64,000 nt of DNA from an uncultured Rickettsiales bacterium (GCA_964550685.1 CAZJZY010000003.1:27775-91774); one strand, 5' to 3'; counted from the first letter of the stretch, positions 18,934 through 29,117 are shown. Notes: generated from the sequence alone by a model not told the origin. Numbers and translations: made by a program.

Positions 18934-18972
18934 AAACTACTCGGTCCTTTGGGTACGAGAGTAGTTTATTTT
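18934..18972 (+). terminator. Orphan terminator-like hairpin in the rpsB/lysE divergent intergenic region
   Basis: 9-bp outer stem aaactactc/gagtagttt plus an inner gtcc/ggg(t)ac stem, followed by tttatttt. No annotated gene ends here on either strand. Confidence 0.35.
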
Positions 18973-19150
18973 ACCAGAAGCCCCTAAAATGGTAATATAT
19001 AATACCAGTGACAAATCCTCCCTCCAAAAAATACAAATTATAACAGATCGATAGTTATGTATTACACATAGCGATATAAATTTTAAATTGACTTCCTATA
19101 TAAACTCCCTAATTATCTGATATAAATCATTGCTTATAATTGGAGAATTA

Positions 19151-19762
19151 ATGAGCTTTTATTCCGTTGCTTTTCTACAAGGACTAACTCTTTGTTTTAG
19201 TTTGATTATAGCTATAGGAATACAAAATTCTTTTGCCTTAAAACAAGGAATTCTAAAAAGCTATAATCTTTTAATTGCCACTATCTGCTCTCTAGGTGAT
19301 GCAATTCTAATTATCGTTGGAGTTTATGGATTTGGTAAAATATTAGCTACTCACCAACTTCTTTTAGATTTTTTTTATTGGGGAGGTGTTATATTTTTAT
19401 TTGGTTATGGACTAACTTCTTTCTATTCTGCATTTAAAAGTAATAGATTAAATTTAGATAGCCAACCTAGAATCTTAGATTTTAAGGAAGTATTAACTAA
19501 AACCTTAGTAATAACTTTTTTAAATCCAAATGCTTATCTTGATACTTGTATTTTAATCGGCAGTATCAGTACTCAAGTTTTAGAAGAGGAAAAATTTTCA
19601 TTCACTTTAGGGGCCATCTCAGCTTCGTGTATTTGGTTTTTCTTGCTGAGCTTTTGCTCTAGATTTTTGAAGCCATTATTTGAAAAACCAATCTCTTGGA
19701 AAATTCTTGATTTTATGATAGGCTGTTTAATGTTTGCAATAGCCATATCTCTTATCAAATGA
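19151..19762 (+). CDS. LysE/ArgO-family amino-acid exporter
   Basis: About 203 aa and 6 TM segments with an N-terminal FLQGLTLCFSLIIAIGIQN motif. ATG at 19151 is preceded by ggaga; the track ORF begins at an upstream TTG (19130). Confidence 0.8.
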   Translation: MSFYSVAFLQGLTLCFSLIIAIGIQNSFALKQGILKSYNLLIATICSLGDAILIIVGVYGFGKILATHQLLLDFFYWGGVIFLFGYGLTSFYSAFKSNRLNLDSQPRILDFKEVLTKTLVITFLNPNAYLDTCILIGSISTQVLEEEKFSFTLGAISASCIWFFLLSFCSRFLKPLFEKPISWKILDFMIGCLMFAIAISLIK

Positions 19763-21237
19763 AAACATTATATTTCATAGCATTTATCCTAGGATTAATT
19801 TGCTCTTTTGGTCAACCACCATTTAACTATATTACTTCATCTTTATGTTCACTTGCATTATTTTTCTATTTACTTGAAACGATCAAAGAAACTAAAAATA
19901 TTATTCGCTTTTCTTTTCTATTTGGTTATGGATATTGTCTTTATAGTCACCACTGGCTTAGCGAATCAGTTTTAGCTTATGGAGAACGATTATTATGGCT
20001 CTACCCTCTAGGGATCGTTTTTGTTCCAGCCGTATTTGCTCTATATTTTGCTTTAGCTGGATATTTAATTGCTAGATATGCTAAAGGCAATACTCTCATA
20101 ATCGCTTTAGTTTGGCTAGCTGTTGAGTTTTTACGTAGTTATGCTTATATTGAGTCACCTTGGCTACTAATTGGCTATATTTGGTCTGATTCTGATATTA
20201 TAAGCCAAAATGCTTCACTTTTTGCTATTTGGGGCTTAAGCTTTTTAACCATTATTTGGGCTGGGGCAATATGCAAATCTATTGATATCTTTATCAAGAA
20301 AGATTTATCTAATCTATCTATTATATTTGTAGCTTTTATTAGCTTTGTGCTATGTTATCTATATGGAGATTATCGTTTAAATAATCCTCCAGAGCTGATA
20401 GAGCAGAATGCCAGGGTAAGAATTATTCAAGCCAATATCGATCAAAACATATATTCCCGTATGAATAATTATCATGCTAATTTTATAAAACATCTTAACG
20501 CAAGTAAAAATGCAAAAGATAATCATATTGACTATATAATTTGGCCAGAAGGAGCCCATGAATATTCTTTAGATCCAGGTGTATTAAATGCTTTAAAAAC
20601 TATTATCCCCAAAGATGCACTGCTCATTTTAAATGCTACTCGCAGGGAAGGATCCCAGCATTGGAATTCACTATTCGCCATAGGTCATAACGGTAAGATT
20701 TTTGATTACTATGACAAGATGCATTTGGTTGCCTTAGGCGAATTTATTCCCTTTAGAACGGTTCTGCCCTTTATTAATAAAATTACTCCTGGCGGAACTG
20801 ATTATAGTCGAGGTAATGAAAGAAAAGTTATAAATGCACGCCATCCATTTATGCCAAGCGTATGCTATGAAGCGGCTTTTCCAGAGAGCAGCCCACAAAA
20901 GTTTACTTGGATCCTAAACATCACTAATGACGGCTGGTTTGGAACAAGCATTGGGCCTTATCAGCATTTGGCCATTGCAAAATTTAGAAGCATAGAGCAA
21001 GGCGTGCCAATGGCCAGAGCCTCTCTTACTGGAATTTCAGCTATCATAAATAGCTTTGGTCATATAACAAAAACCATCCCTCTTTTAACTGAAGGAATTT
21101 TAGATGCTCAATTGCCTGGCTATATTACAGAATTCACCTTTTACCGGTATTACGGATATTATAGCCTGATTTTACTTATATTAAGTATATTTTTATTAGA
21201 TAGGTTCCTTGACCTTAAGAAGGTCAAGGAAAATTGA
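19759..21237 (+). CDS. lnt: Apolipoprotein N-acyltransferase
   Basis: 492 aa with N-terminal TM helices and a CN-hydrolase domain (IIWPEGA, YDKMHLVALGEFIP, VCYEAAFPE, NITNDGWFG). Its ATGA start overlaps the lysE-family stop. Confidence 0.9.
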   Translation: MKTLYFIAFILGLICSFGQPPFNYITSSLCSLALFFYLLETIKETKNIIRFSFLFGYGYCLYSHHWLSESVLAYGERLLWLYPLGIVFVPAVFALYFALAGYLIARYAKGNTLIIALVWLAVEFLRSYAYIESPWLLIGYIWSDSDIISQNASLFAIWGLSFLTIIWAGAICKSIDIFIKKDLSNLSIIFVAFISFVLCYLYGDYRLNNPPELIEQNARVRIIQANIDQNIYSRMNNYHANFIKHLNASKNAKDNHIDYIIWPEGAHEYSLDPGVLNALKTIIPKDALLILNATRREGSQHWNSLFAIGHNGKIFDYYDKMHLVALGEFIPFRTVLPFINKITPGGTDYSRGNERKVINARHPFMPSVCYEAAFPESSPQKFTWILNITNDGWFGTSIGPYQHLAIAKFRSIEQGVPMARASLTGISAIINSFGHITKTIPLLTEGILDAQLPGYITEFTFYRYYGYYSLILLILSIFLLDRFLDLKKVKEN

Positions 21238-21248
21238 AGGCGCTAGTT

Positions 21249-22739
21249 TTAAGATTGCTCTTTCATTTTTGCTTCAAATAATTTACTTAAGGCAAATACT
21301 GCAGCAATCCAACAAACCATAATTGCTAAGAAAATATATAAAATATCCTCGGTTAAATTAGTTAAATTAGCACCGGGAATGAAAGCTAATAGAAGATATT
21401 GAATGATAGCGCCACCTGATTTTCCAAGTCTTGCTCCAGTAACGTCAACTACTGCTTTACCCTTAACTTTTAACTCATTATCAAGAGGAATATAACTCAT
21501 TTCCTTAGTTGGATCAAATAAAGAGTATTTTGTAGATTTGCTCAATATATTTTGAGCAGCTCCCATAATAACAGCCATCATTAAAGAAGTACTACCTATT
21601 AAAGCTAAGCTTGCCTCGAACATATCTCCAGCTAAAATTAGCAAGAAAAACAATACTCCAGTTACTAAAATCATTATAGGAGTTAAAATTGCACTGGTGC
21701 GCCATTTACAAGCCCTTAGAATATAAACACCGACAATCATTCCAAACATTGAAGTCCAGCCAGTCCACATCTGGAAGCTACCCATAAATGCACTATAGTC
21801 ATTTTGAATGGGGAATTGAATTTTCATTTGATTCTTCCATACACCCTCAACCAAGTTAATGCTGATGCCATAAGCTAATACTAACACAGCAATCAAGCCG
21901 ATATATTTCGAAGTAAAAATATATTTAAAACTATCAATTAAAGACATTTTCACTTTATTTTTTTTCTTCTTTTCTGCCGTAGCATCAAAAAATCTTGCAT
22001 CAGTTAGCACAAATTTGTTCATATACCAAAAAATTGCCATCATAACAATTCCAGCAACAAATACTGAAATCATCAATACTTGCAAAGTATCTTGCCAAGC
22101 CTGAGATTGATCAGCTTGCATTGCATTTGTTATTGAAAAATGCTTTTGCACAAATCCTGCAGTTATAAGACCAATCTGTCCAATAGCGCCAAAAATAGTA
22201 TAAGTGTTTTTTGCTTCACTAACTTTATAAATATGATTAGCAAATTGCCAGAACATTAGTGAAAGCATAGCGCTTCCCCATAATTCAGACATAATATAAA
22301 ATAGAGATGCTCCCCAATTAGAAATCATTAAAAGTGGGTACTTAAATTTAGGATATTCTACGATTGCATTGCTTAAATCTATATTCAATGCGTCTTTCAT
22401 TGGATAAACTAAAAATGCATATCCCATAAAAAACGTAATAAAAAATAGAGTCATCAAGTAAAAAAGCCTCTCACGATTTAGAACATTCGCTAATTTAGAA
22501 TACACTATCATGAAAACAACAGCAGATGGAAATACGCCGAATAGTTTTACGGCACTAATAATTTCAGCTCCCACAACTGGAATTAGAAGAGTATCTTTAG
22601 CTCCTCTTAATACACTATAAACAAAAATTACAATTAGAAATATTAAAGAGGTTGGAAGAACCTTCTTCAGAATATATTCCTGGTTCTCTTTAAAACTATT
22701 ATAATATGACTTTAAATAACTAATAAAACCTAATTTCAT
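21249..22739 (-). CDS. tlc: ATP/ADP translocase (nucleotide transporter, NTT/Tlc family)
   Basis: About 496 aa and 12 TM segments with the KVLPxxLxFLIVxFxYSxLRxxKD N-terminal signature and KSTKYSLFDPTKEMSYIPLDxELKxKGKAxVD. The start is probably the second Met (22739), which is preceded by gaggaa. Confidence 0.9.
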   Translation of the reverse strand: MKLGFISYLKSYYNSFKENQEYILKKVLPTSLIFLIVIFVYSVLRGAKDTLLIPVVGAEIISAVKLFGVFPSAVVFMIVYSKLANVLNRERLFYLMTLFFITFFMGYAFLVYPMKDALNIDLSNAIVEYPKFKYPLLMISNWGASLFYIMSELWGSAMLSLMFWQFANHIYKVSEAKNTYTIFGAIGQIGLITAGFVQKHFSITNAMQADQSQAWQDTLQVLMISVFVAGIVMMAIFWYMNKFVLTDARFFDATAEKKKKNKVKMSLIDSFKYIFTSKYIGLIAVLVLAYGISINLVEGVWKNQMKIQFPIQNDYSAFMGSFQMWTGWTSMFGMIVGVYILRACKWRTSAILTPIMILVTGVLFFLLILAGDMFEASLALIGSTSLMMAVIMGAAQNILSKSTKYSLFDPTKEMSYIPLDNELKVKGKAVVDVTGARLGKSGGAIIQYLLLAFIPGANLTNLTEDILYIFLAIMVCWIAAVFALSKLFEAKMKEQS

Positions 22740-22875
22740 TGAATTTCCTCGTAATAAAATTTTGAACAATGTATTATATAATATTATTATAATTAGTCAA
22801 TAAAATATTAACAAAAATTTATATGCTAAACCTAAAAATATTATTTACGGGAAAGGAGAGGTGTATTTCTACATA

Positions 22876-22908
22876 AAGAAAAACCCCTCAAGAATCAACT
22901 CAAGGGGC
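22876..22908 (-). terminator. Intrinsic terminator downstream of the porin gene
   Basis: On the minus strand, ccccuugag/cuugagggg forms a 9-bp stem (two G-U pairs) with a 6-nt loop, followed by a uuuuucuuu run. Confidence 0.55.
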
Positions 22909-22948
22909 TTTATTTTAGATAAATCTAATTTATATAATTAAATATATA

Positions 22949-24268
22949 TTAGAATTTAACTCTGGTACCAAGAATGAACACAGTAGCTCTTTGTTTTGTT
23001 TCACCATTGATAACTTTCTTTGGTTTAACAGTTGCCATTGTTACTTCAGCAAATGGAGTCATACCAGGAGCTACAGCATAGTCTGCACCTAAAGATACAG
23101 CTGATGTCTTAACTAAAGGATATGAGTTTGTATCACCTTGAGCTGCTTTCTTGTTGCCTTTTTTACCATATAAGTAAGTTAAGCTTGTTGACATAGGTCC
23201 ATTTTTGTAACCTAAACCAGCTGTATACCAGTAAGATGTAAAGTCAGCTTGTTTTGGAGCTAAGCTCTTACCATCATGAGCATAAGATAATGCTGCTGAG
23301 AAACCTTGATATTCAACTACAGTACCAACAGAGTAAGTTTTTAGATCATTTCTAGCTTTTGTAGAAGTATCATACTGCACATTGCTTAAGCTGTAATTTG
23401 CAGATGCAGTGGTTGTAGTAGGATTACCATTAGCATCAACTGTAGTTAAAGTTATAAGACCTTCATCACGAGTATTGAAAGCTTTCTGATCAGCTTTAGC
23501 AAAATCACCAGCTGCACTGAACATTACATTAACGTCATCAAAGCTGTTTTTGTAATTTAATGCCACAGAGAATAAATTCTTAGCTGCTAAAGGACGGCCT
23601 AAATATCTTTGACCATTATCCCTAGAATAACCTTGACCGCCATTATTTTCTAAGTCAGGAGCAAAAGACATACCCAATTGAGCGCCAGAAACACGTGGTG
23701 ACAAGTAAGTGATTTTTCTAGCGCTTTCTCCATAACCATCTAATCTGTTAGACAATGTGTCTGTGTCAAATACTGGAGCACTTCCTAATACTGTATTTTG
23801 ACGAACGTCAATAAATGTACCAAAATCACCAGCTACACCGCCTGTAGCTGAAGCGATAGTTCCAGCATCAACTGACATTAATTTGCTTGCTGCAAAGTTT
23901 GTACCCATTTGTACAGCACCAGCATCTGTGTTCATGTAAATATGTGAACGATCCATTCCTGAATCACTCATGCCGCTAGACAAGTTTGCAACTGTTTGTA
24001 AACGAACTACAGCGCCATATGTCATGCTATCATTTTTTCCTTCAGCTTTAATTGAAGCTTTGTTTGAAGTCATGAATGCTGATGAAGATTGGTTAGGGCT
24101 ATATGTGAATGATTTTTTGTGATCTCTATCACGTTTTACATAACCAGCTTCGAATTTACTGTTACCACCAACAGAAACTTGCATATCTCCGTTGCTAGAC
24201 ATATCAGCAGCCGAAGCTAAACTAGCAAAACCTACTAATGCTGTTGTGCATAATAAAATTTTTTTCAT
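22949..24268 (-). CDS. Outer-membrane porin (alphaproteobacterial general porin type)
   Basis: 439 aa with signal peptide MKKILLCTTALVGFASLASA, alternating beta-strand pattern and a C-terminal ...GTRVKF. Confidence 0.75.
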   Translation of the reverse strand: MKKILLCTTALVGFASLASAADMSSNGDMQVSVGGNSKFEAGYVKRDRDHKKSFTYSPNQSSSAFMTSNKASIKAEGKNDSMTYGAVVRLQTVANLSSGMSDSGMDRSHIYMNTDAGAVQMGTNFAASKLMSVDAGTIASATGGVAGDFGTFIDVRQNTVLGSAPVFDTDTLSNRLDGYGESARKITYLSPRVSGAQLGMSFAPDLENNGGQGYSRDNGQRYLGRPLAAKNLFSVALNYKNSFDDVNVMFSAAGDFAKADQKAFNTRDEGLITLTTVDANGNPTTTTASANYSLSNVQYDTSTKARNDLKTYSVGTVVEYQGFSAALSYAHDGKSLAPKQADFTSYWYTAGLGYKNGPMSTSLTYLYGKKGNKKAAQGDTNSYPLVKTSAVSLGADYAVAPGMTPFAEVTMATVKPKKVINGETKQRATVFILGTRVKF

Positions 24269-24499
24269 AATTTTTACCTTTTCTAAAATTACCGTTATGT
24301 GTTTATACTTCTTTATATTTACTCAGAATATTTTTAACTCATAACGTTACTACTTACAGATGTTAAAATTTTCTGATAACATATTTGTAATACAATGCGG
24401 CAGCGCAGGCAACCAACTTAGAATGTTTTTAGTAAATTTAGCATAGTTTTTAAAAGAACTGTTGCACAAATGTGACTTGGAGAAAATTGAGGAAATATA

Positions 24500-24574
24500 T
24501 GGTGACTCCTACGGGAATCGAACCCGTGTTCCCACCGTGAAAGGGTGGTGTCCTAACCGCTAGACGAAGGAGCC
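24500..24574 (-). tRNA. tRNA-Glu (anticodon UUC), CCA encoded
   Basis: The reverse complement GGCTCCTTCGTCTAGCGGTTAGGACACCACCCTTTCACGGTGGGAACACGGGTTCGATTCCCGTAGGAGTCACCA folds as a cloverleaf. The anticodon loop is CTTTCAC and the T-loop is GGTTCGATTCC. Confidence 0.93.
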
Positions 24575-24675
24575 ATTTTGAACGTAAGGCAGATAACTTA
24601 CCTTAAATGACTTGAAGAAACTTATACTATTTATAAGTACAACGCAAGTGTTAGTTTTAAGTTTTGCAATTATTT

Positions 24676-25068
24676 TTAATTAGATTCTATTATAACAAAA
24701 GCCTGAGCATATTCTGCTTCATTAGACATGCTTACATGAATCTTGACACTATCTCCATAATTTTCTTTTAAAAAACCCTTCAATTTATCACTAAATTCAA
24801 AATAAGGTTTTCCTATAGACGTTTTTAGTATTTCTATATCAAGAAAAGAGGCATATTGACCAATTCCGGTGCCGAGCGCTTTAGAAAAAGCCTCCTTAGC
24901 CGCAAATCGATTAGCCACATATCCAGCAAGCCTAACTATATTTACATTATCGAGTAAGCTTATTTCATTTTTAGTTAATATTTTTTGTAAAAAAGCTCTT
25001 TTACGCCAAATAAGTAACCTCTCAACTCTTTCTACGGCTATAACATCGCTACCAATACCAATAATCAT
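24676..25068 (-). CDS. acpS: Holo-[acyl-carrier-protein] synthase
   Basis: 130 aa with MIIGIGSDVIAVERV and FAAKEAFSKALGTG motifs. Confidence 0.9.
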   Translation of the reverse strand: MIIGIGSDVIAVERVERLLIWRKRAFLQKILTKNEISLLDNVNIVRLAGYVANRFAAKEAFSKALGTGIGQYASFLDIEILKTSIGKPYFEFSDKLKGFLKENYGDSVKIHVSMSNEAEYAQAFVIIESN

Positions 25069-25071
25069 AAA

Positions 25072-25716
25072 TTATTTATGTTTGCCCTCTAGCATCTCAT
25101 TAGCAAAATCCCAATTAACCAAGTGATTCAAGAAAACATCTATATAATTAGGTCTTAAATTTTGATAATCCAGGTAATAAGCATGCTCCCATACGTCAAT
25201 TGTTAGCAAAGCTGTTTTATTGTGAACCATTGGTAAATCTGCATTGCCAGTTTTTATAACAGCTAATTTATTATTTTCATCCAAAACTAACCAGGCCCAG
25301 CCACTACCAAATTGAGTAGCGGCAGCATTTTTAAATTCAGTCACAAAATTTTCATAACCACCAAAATCTTGGTCTATTTTTGTTGCTATTTTACCGTAAG
25401 GCTTTCCGCCTCCATCTGCTTTCATTGAATACCAAAAGAAGCTATGATTCCAAACCTGTGCAGCATTATTAAATATGCCTATTTTACTCGAATTATTATA
25501 ACTCATCATAATAATCTCTTCTAAAGAATTAGAAGCTAAATCTGTATTCTCAACAAACTTATTAAGATTAACTACGTAAGCATTGTGATGCTTCTTATGG
25601 TGATAACTAAATGTATTCGCGCTCATATGCGGCTCCAAAGCATTATCAGCATAAGGCAATCGCGGCAAAGCAAAAGGAAAAGATTTTTGATTAGCTAAAG
25701 AGCAAATATTACTCAT
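25072..25716 (-). CDS. sodB: Fe/Mn superoxide dismutase
   Basis: 214 aa with LPYADNALEPHMS, HHKKHHNAYV and DVWEHAYYLDYQN motifs. Confidence 0.95.
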   Translation of the reverse strand: MSNICSLANQKSFPFALPRLPYADNALEPHMSANTFSYHHKKHHNAYVVNLNKFVENTDLASNSLEEIIMMSYNNSSKIGIFNNAAQVWNHSFFWYSMKADGGGKPYGKIATKIDQDFGGYENFVTEFKNAAATQFGSGWAWLVLDENNKLAVIKTGNADLPMVHNKTALLTIDVWEHAYYLDYQNLRPNYIDVFLNHLVNWDFANEMLEGKHK

Positions 25717-25795
25717 AACATAACTCCATTATTAAAAATACTACATCATGAAAATTAGCACATCAAATTAACCAAGTAAAGTTATATGATATTAT

Positions 25796-27595
25796 TTAAA
25801 GCGTCTCTCTTAATTCCTCTAGCTCCAACCACCTTAGCTCAGCTTTTTCAAGCTCTTCTTTTTTAGCGGACATACTATTGGTTAATCTATTAAAATAATT
25901 GGGATTGCTGGCATATAAATTAGGGTTATCAAGTTCAATCTCAAGCAGTTGAATTTCCTGAGTAAGCTCATCTATTTTATCGGGCAGTAAGCTAAGCTCT
26001 CTTTCGTCTTTATAGGATAATTTATTGTTAGATTTTTCTTTTTTAAAATCTTTTCTAACAATTTTTATTTCTTTATATGGTTTAGTGCTGGCAATATAAT
26101 CATAATATCCACCAACATTATCAGATACTTGCTGATTATCAATAATAATAGTTCTAGTTGCTAGGCGCTCCAGGAAATCTCGATCATGACTCACTATAAG
26201 TAATGTGCCTTTATATTCAGTAAGGATCTCCACTAACATATCCAATGTATCCATATCTAGATCATTGGTCGGCTCATCCAGAATTAAAAAATTACCAGGA
26301 TTAATTAGTAGCTTCGCTAATAATAATCTATTTTGCTCTCCTCCTGAAAGAGTGGAAACTTTGCTATTGGCTTGTTTGCCATCGAATAGAAAATCTTTTA
26401 AATAAGCTACTACATGCCTAGGTTTATTGCCGCTTAAGAATATTGTATCTCCTCCATTAGGGCATAGAGCCCTCCATAATGTATCCTCTGGATTAATTTC
26501 AGACCTAGATTGATCTAAATAACAATATTGTAAATTATGACCAAGCCTTATTTTTCCAGTACTTGGCGTTAAACTCCCGGTAATCAATTTTATAAAAGTG
26601 CTTTTACCAGCTCCATTGCGCCCCATTATTCCAATAACTTCTCCTCTCATGATACTTAAGGAAAAGGGATGAAAGATGTTTTGCTCAGGAAATCTAAAAC
26701 TTACGCCTTCCATTTCAACGATTAATTTAGACTTATTATTTAAAGCGCCAGGATCCAGCTTTATATCATTACCAATGCTGCCAAATCTCGATTTATCACT
26801 TTTTAGCCTCGCTCTCAACTCATGTAAATTTTGTAAACGCTGTTGATTACGCTTCCGCCTAGCGGTAACGCCCTGCTGAAGCCATAAATTTTCTTTATCT
26901 AATTCTTTGCCCAGCTTAGAAAGCTCACGCTCTTCTTGAGCAAAGACTTCTTCACTCCAGCGCTCAAAATCACTAAATCCACGATTGTTATAAAGTAATT
27001 TTCCACGATCAAGCCAAATGGTTTTATTGGAAACATTGCGCAAAAAAGCTCGATCATGACTAACTATTATTAAACCCCCGGAGAAATTATTTAAATATTC
27101 TTCTAGCCATTCAATTGAGCTAATATCTAGGTGGTTGGTTGGCTCATCTAAAAATAATAAATCTGGTTCAATTACTAAGGTTCTAGCTAGATCAGCTCTT
27201 CTTAACTGCCCTCCTGAAAGCTTACTTAAATATTGCCCACCATTTAGACATAATTTCTCCAAGATAATATCAGCTAAATACGACTTCTGATCTAATGTTT
27301 CACTATGGTTAAGAGAAAGGTTCTGCAGCACATATTCATAAACTGTTAAATCTTTTTCAACAATCGGCTGCTGCAATAAATAAGCCAACTTAATCCCAGG
27401 ATGATAATAGATTTCGCCTTTATCTGGTTCTATTTGCCTTGCCATTAATTTTAATAAAGTAGATTTTCCACTACCATTTTTTCCTATCAGGCATATTCTA
27501 TCTCTGCTAGATATTTGTGCGGATATACTAGAAAATAATGGATCCTGACCAAAACTTAAAGATAAGTCTTTAAAATAAAAAATAGGTAAGGACAT
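25796..27595 (-). CDS. uup: ABC-F family ATPase (Uup-like, two ABC domains plus C-terminal coiled coil)
   Basis: 599 aa with two Walker A sites (GKNGSGKST, GRNGAGKST), two LSGGQ-type signatures and a coiled-coil tail. No membrane domain. Confidence 0.85.
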   Translation of the reverse strand: MSLPIFYFKDLSLSFGQDPLFSSISAQISSRDRICLIGKNGSGKSTLLKLMARQIEPDKGEIYYHPGIKLAYLLQQPIVEKDLTVYEYVLQNLSLNHSETLDQKSYLADIILEKLCLNGGQYLSKLSGGQLRRADLARTLVIEPDLLFLDEPTNHLDISSIEWLEEYLNNFSGGLIIVSHDRAFLRNVSNKTIWLDRGKLLYNNRGFSDFERWSEEVFAQEERELSKLGKELDKENLWLQQGVTARRKRNQQRLQNLHELRARLKSDKSRFGSIGNDIKLDPGALNNKSKLIVEMEGVSFRFPEQNIFHPFSLSIMRGEVIGIMGRNGAGKSTFIKLITGSLTPSTGKIRLGHNLQYCYLDQSRSEINPEDTLWRALCPNGGDTIFLSGNKPRHVVAYLKDFLFDGKQANSKVSTLSGGEQNRLLLAKLLINPGNFLILDEPTNDLDMDTLDMLVEILTEYKGTLLIVSHDRDFLERLATRTIIIDNQQVSDNVGGYYDYIASTKPYKEIKIVRKDFKKEKSNNKLSYKDERELSLLPDKIDELTQEIQLLEIELDNPNLYASNPNYFNRLTNSMSAKKEELEKAELRWLELEELRETL

Positions 27596-27627
27596 AAAAA
27601 GTTAACTTTCCTTTTAATAAAACTTGA

Positions 27628-28425
27628 TTAAAGAATGATACGAGATTTAATAATCCTTACAACATTTGCTATAATAAAACATCCTAAAGAAGTAATAACA
27701 ATTGCAGGACCAGTTGGCAAATCAAAAGCAATAGCAGACGTAATTCCTCCAAACACAGAAAAACAGCCTATTATCGTAGCATATGCTATCATCTGTAAAG
27801 GCGTACTACTAATGCTTAAGGCGGCAGAAGCTGGGAGAATAAGCATAGCCGTAACCAAAAGCACTCCAATAATTTTAAAAGATATGGCAATGAACAAAGC
27901 TAAAATTATTGTAAACGTTAGTTTGATTAATTGGCTATTTACTCCTTCAGACTGTAACAATTCTTCACTAATACTAAATAGAATTAGCTTTGACCAATTA
28001 TAATAAAGCCAAATCAATATAATGATTAAACATATAATTAAGCTATAGATATCCTTAATATTGATCACCAAAATATCACCAAATAGATAGCCCATTAAAT
28101 CTAATTTTAATTTGCTGTATGAAGCCAAAATAATAGCTAAAGAAAGCGCGGAATATGATAAAATCCCCAAAGTTGTATCGCTAGAATAACGGGTTTTATT
28201 ACGATTAAAGGCTAAAGCAAAGAGAATGGCAATTAAAATTACAGCTATAGAGATATTAATATTAAATAAAATACCTATTATTACCCCGAGCAGGGAGCTA
28301 TGCGATAAGGCATCTCCAAAATAACTCATATTTTTCCAAAGAACAAAAGATCCTAAGATGCCAGCAATGATTGCTATACCAATTCCGCCGATAACTGCAT
28401 TAACTAAAAAGCTTTCAAACTTCAC
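27628..28425 (-). CDS. znuB: Zinc/manganese ABC transporter permease (ZnuB/ABC-3 family)
   Basis: 265 aa, 8-9 TM segments, with FGDALSHSSLLG and DLPTGPAIV motifs typical of ABC-3 permeases. No znuA or znuC is adjacent. Confidence 0.8.
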   Translation of the reverse strand: MKFESFLVNAVIGGIGIAIIAGILGSFVLWKNMSYFGDALSHSSLLGVIIGILFNINISIAVILIAILFALAFNRNKTRYSSDTTLGILSYSALSLAIILASYSKLKLDLMGYLFGDILVINIKDIYSLIICLIIILIWLYYNWSKLILFSISEELLQSEGVNSQLIKLTFTIILALFIAISFKIIGVLLVTAMLILPASAALSISSTPLQMIAYATIIGCFSVFGGITSAIAFDLPTGPAIVITSLGCFIIANVVRIIKSRIIL

Positions 28426-28700
28426 TTAAAATTATCCGCATAGGAGCGTTTGATCTGCTTCCTAATCTGAGGCTCAATTACTTCATAGGAGTATTCATTA
28501 GAATCAGCAAAGTCTGTAGCTGCTTGTTTAGTTGGGAATTTTAGTTTAACCTCTTCAAGAGTATCATTTGATGAAGTCCAGCCCATAATATTTTCAATTT
28601 CTTTTGTACCGCGTGGAATAAACTCCAACAGCCATTCCTTAGAATTAGCCATTCCTGACTGCATAGTAGTTTTGCTAGGTTTATAAATACGCACTTGCAT
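28422..28700 (-). CDS. NDUFS4-like (ETC complex I 18-kDa subunit family) protein
   Basis: 92 aa: RIYKPSKTTMQSGMANSKEWLLEF...MGWTSSNDTLEEVKLKF matches the conserved NDUFS4/AQDQ region. Its stop overlaps the znuB start by 4 nt. Confidence 0.8.
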   Translation of the reverse strand: MQVRIYKPSKTTMQSGMANSKEWLLEFIPRGTKEIENIMGWTSSNDTLEEVKLKFPTKQAATDFADSNEYSYEVIEPQIRKQIKRSYADNFK

Positions 28701-28743
28701 AAAGCAGCTCCTCTCTTTATACTAAAAATATACCCTTTATCCT

Positions 28744-29013
28744 GTGTTTATGCAAGAGAATCTAGATATGATAAATGACAATAAAAAAATTAGTGACCTA
28801 AGTTTTGAGGAAGCCTTGGCTGAGTTAGAAAAAATTGTGGCAAAACTTGAGAGCGGTAAAGAAAGCTTAGAAAATGCCATTAATGATTATGAATATGGTA
28901 ATGCCCTGCGTGAATATTGTGAAAAAAGACTTGCTGAGGCAAAACTCAAAATTGATAAAATTGTTAAGAAAGAAGATGGATCTATCACCCTAGAGCCGCA
29001 AGAAATTCTTTAA
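28744..29013 (+). CDS. xseB: Exodeoxyribonuclease VII small subunit
   Basis: LSFEEALAELEKIVAKLESGKESLENAI is the XseB core. The start is ambiguous (GTG 28744, ATG 28750 or ATG 28768). Confidence 0.85.
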   Translation: MFMQENLDMINDNKKISDLSFEEALAELEKIVAKLESGKESLENAINDYEYGNALREYCEKRLAEAKLKIDKIVKKEDGSITLEPQEIL

Positions 29014-29117
29014 GATATAAATAATACTGTTTTTTATAATTTTCCATATTATAGTAGAACATCCAGTCTAATTTTAATCTATTAGTTTTGGACATTAATT
29101 ATAAAAAGGAGATTATT

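Noticed and set aside
27635-28003. 122-aa plus-strand ORF antisense to znuB
   Set aside because: Hydrophobic mirror translation of a membrane protein gene, a common artefact.
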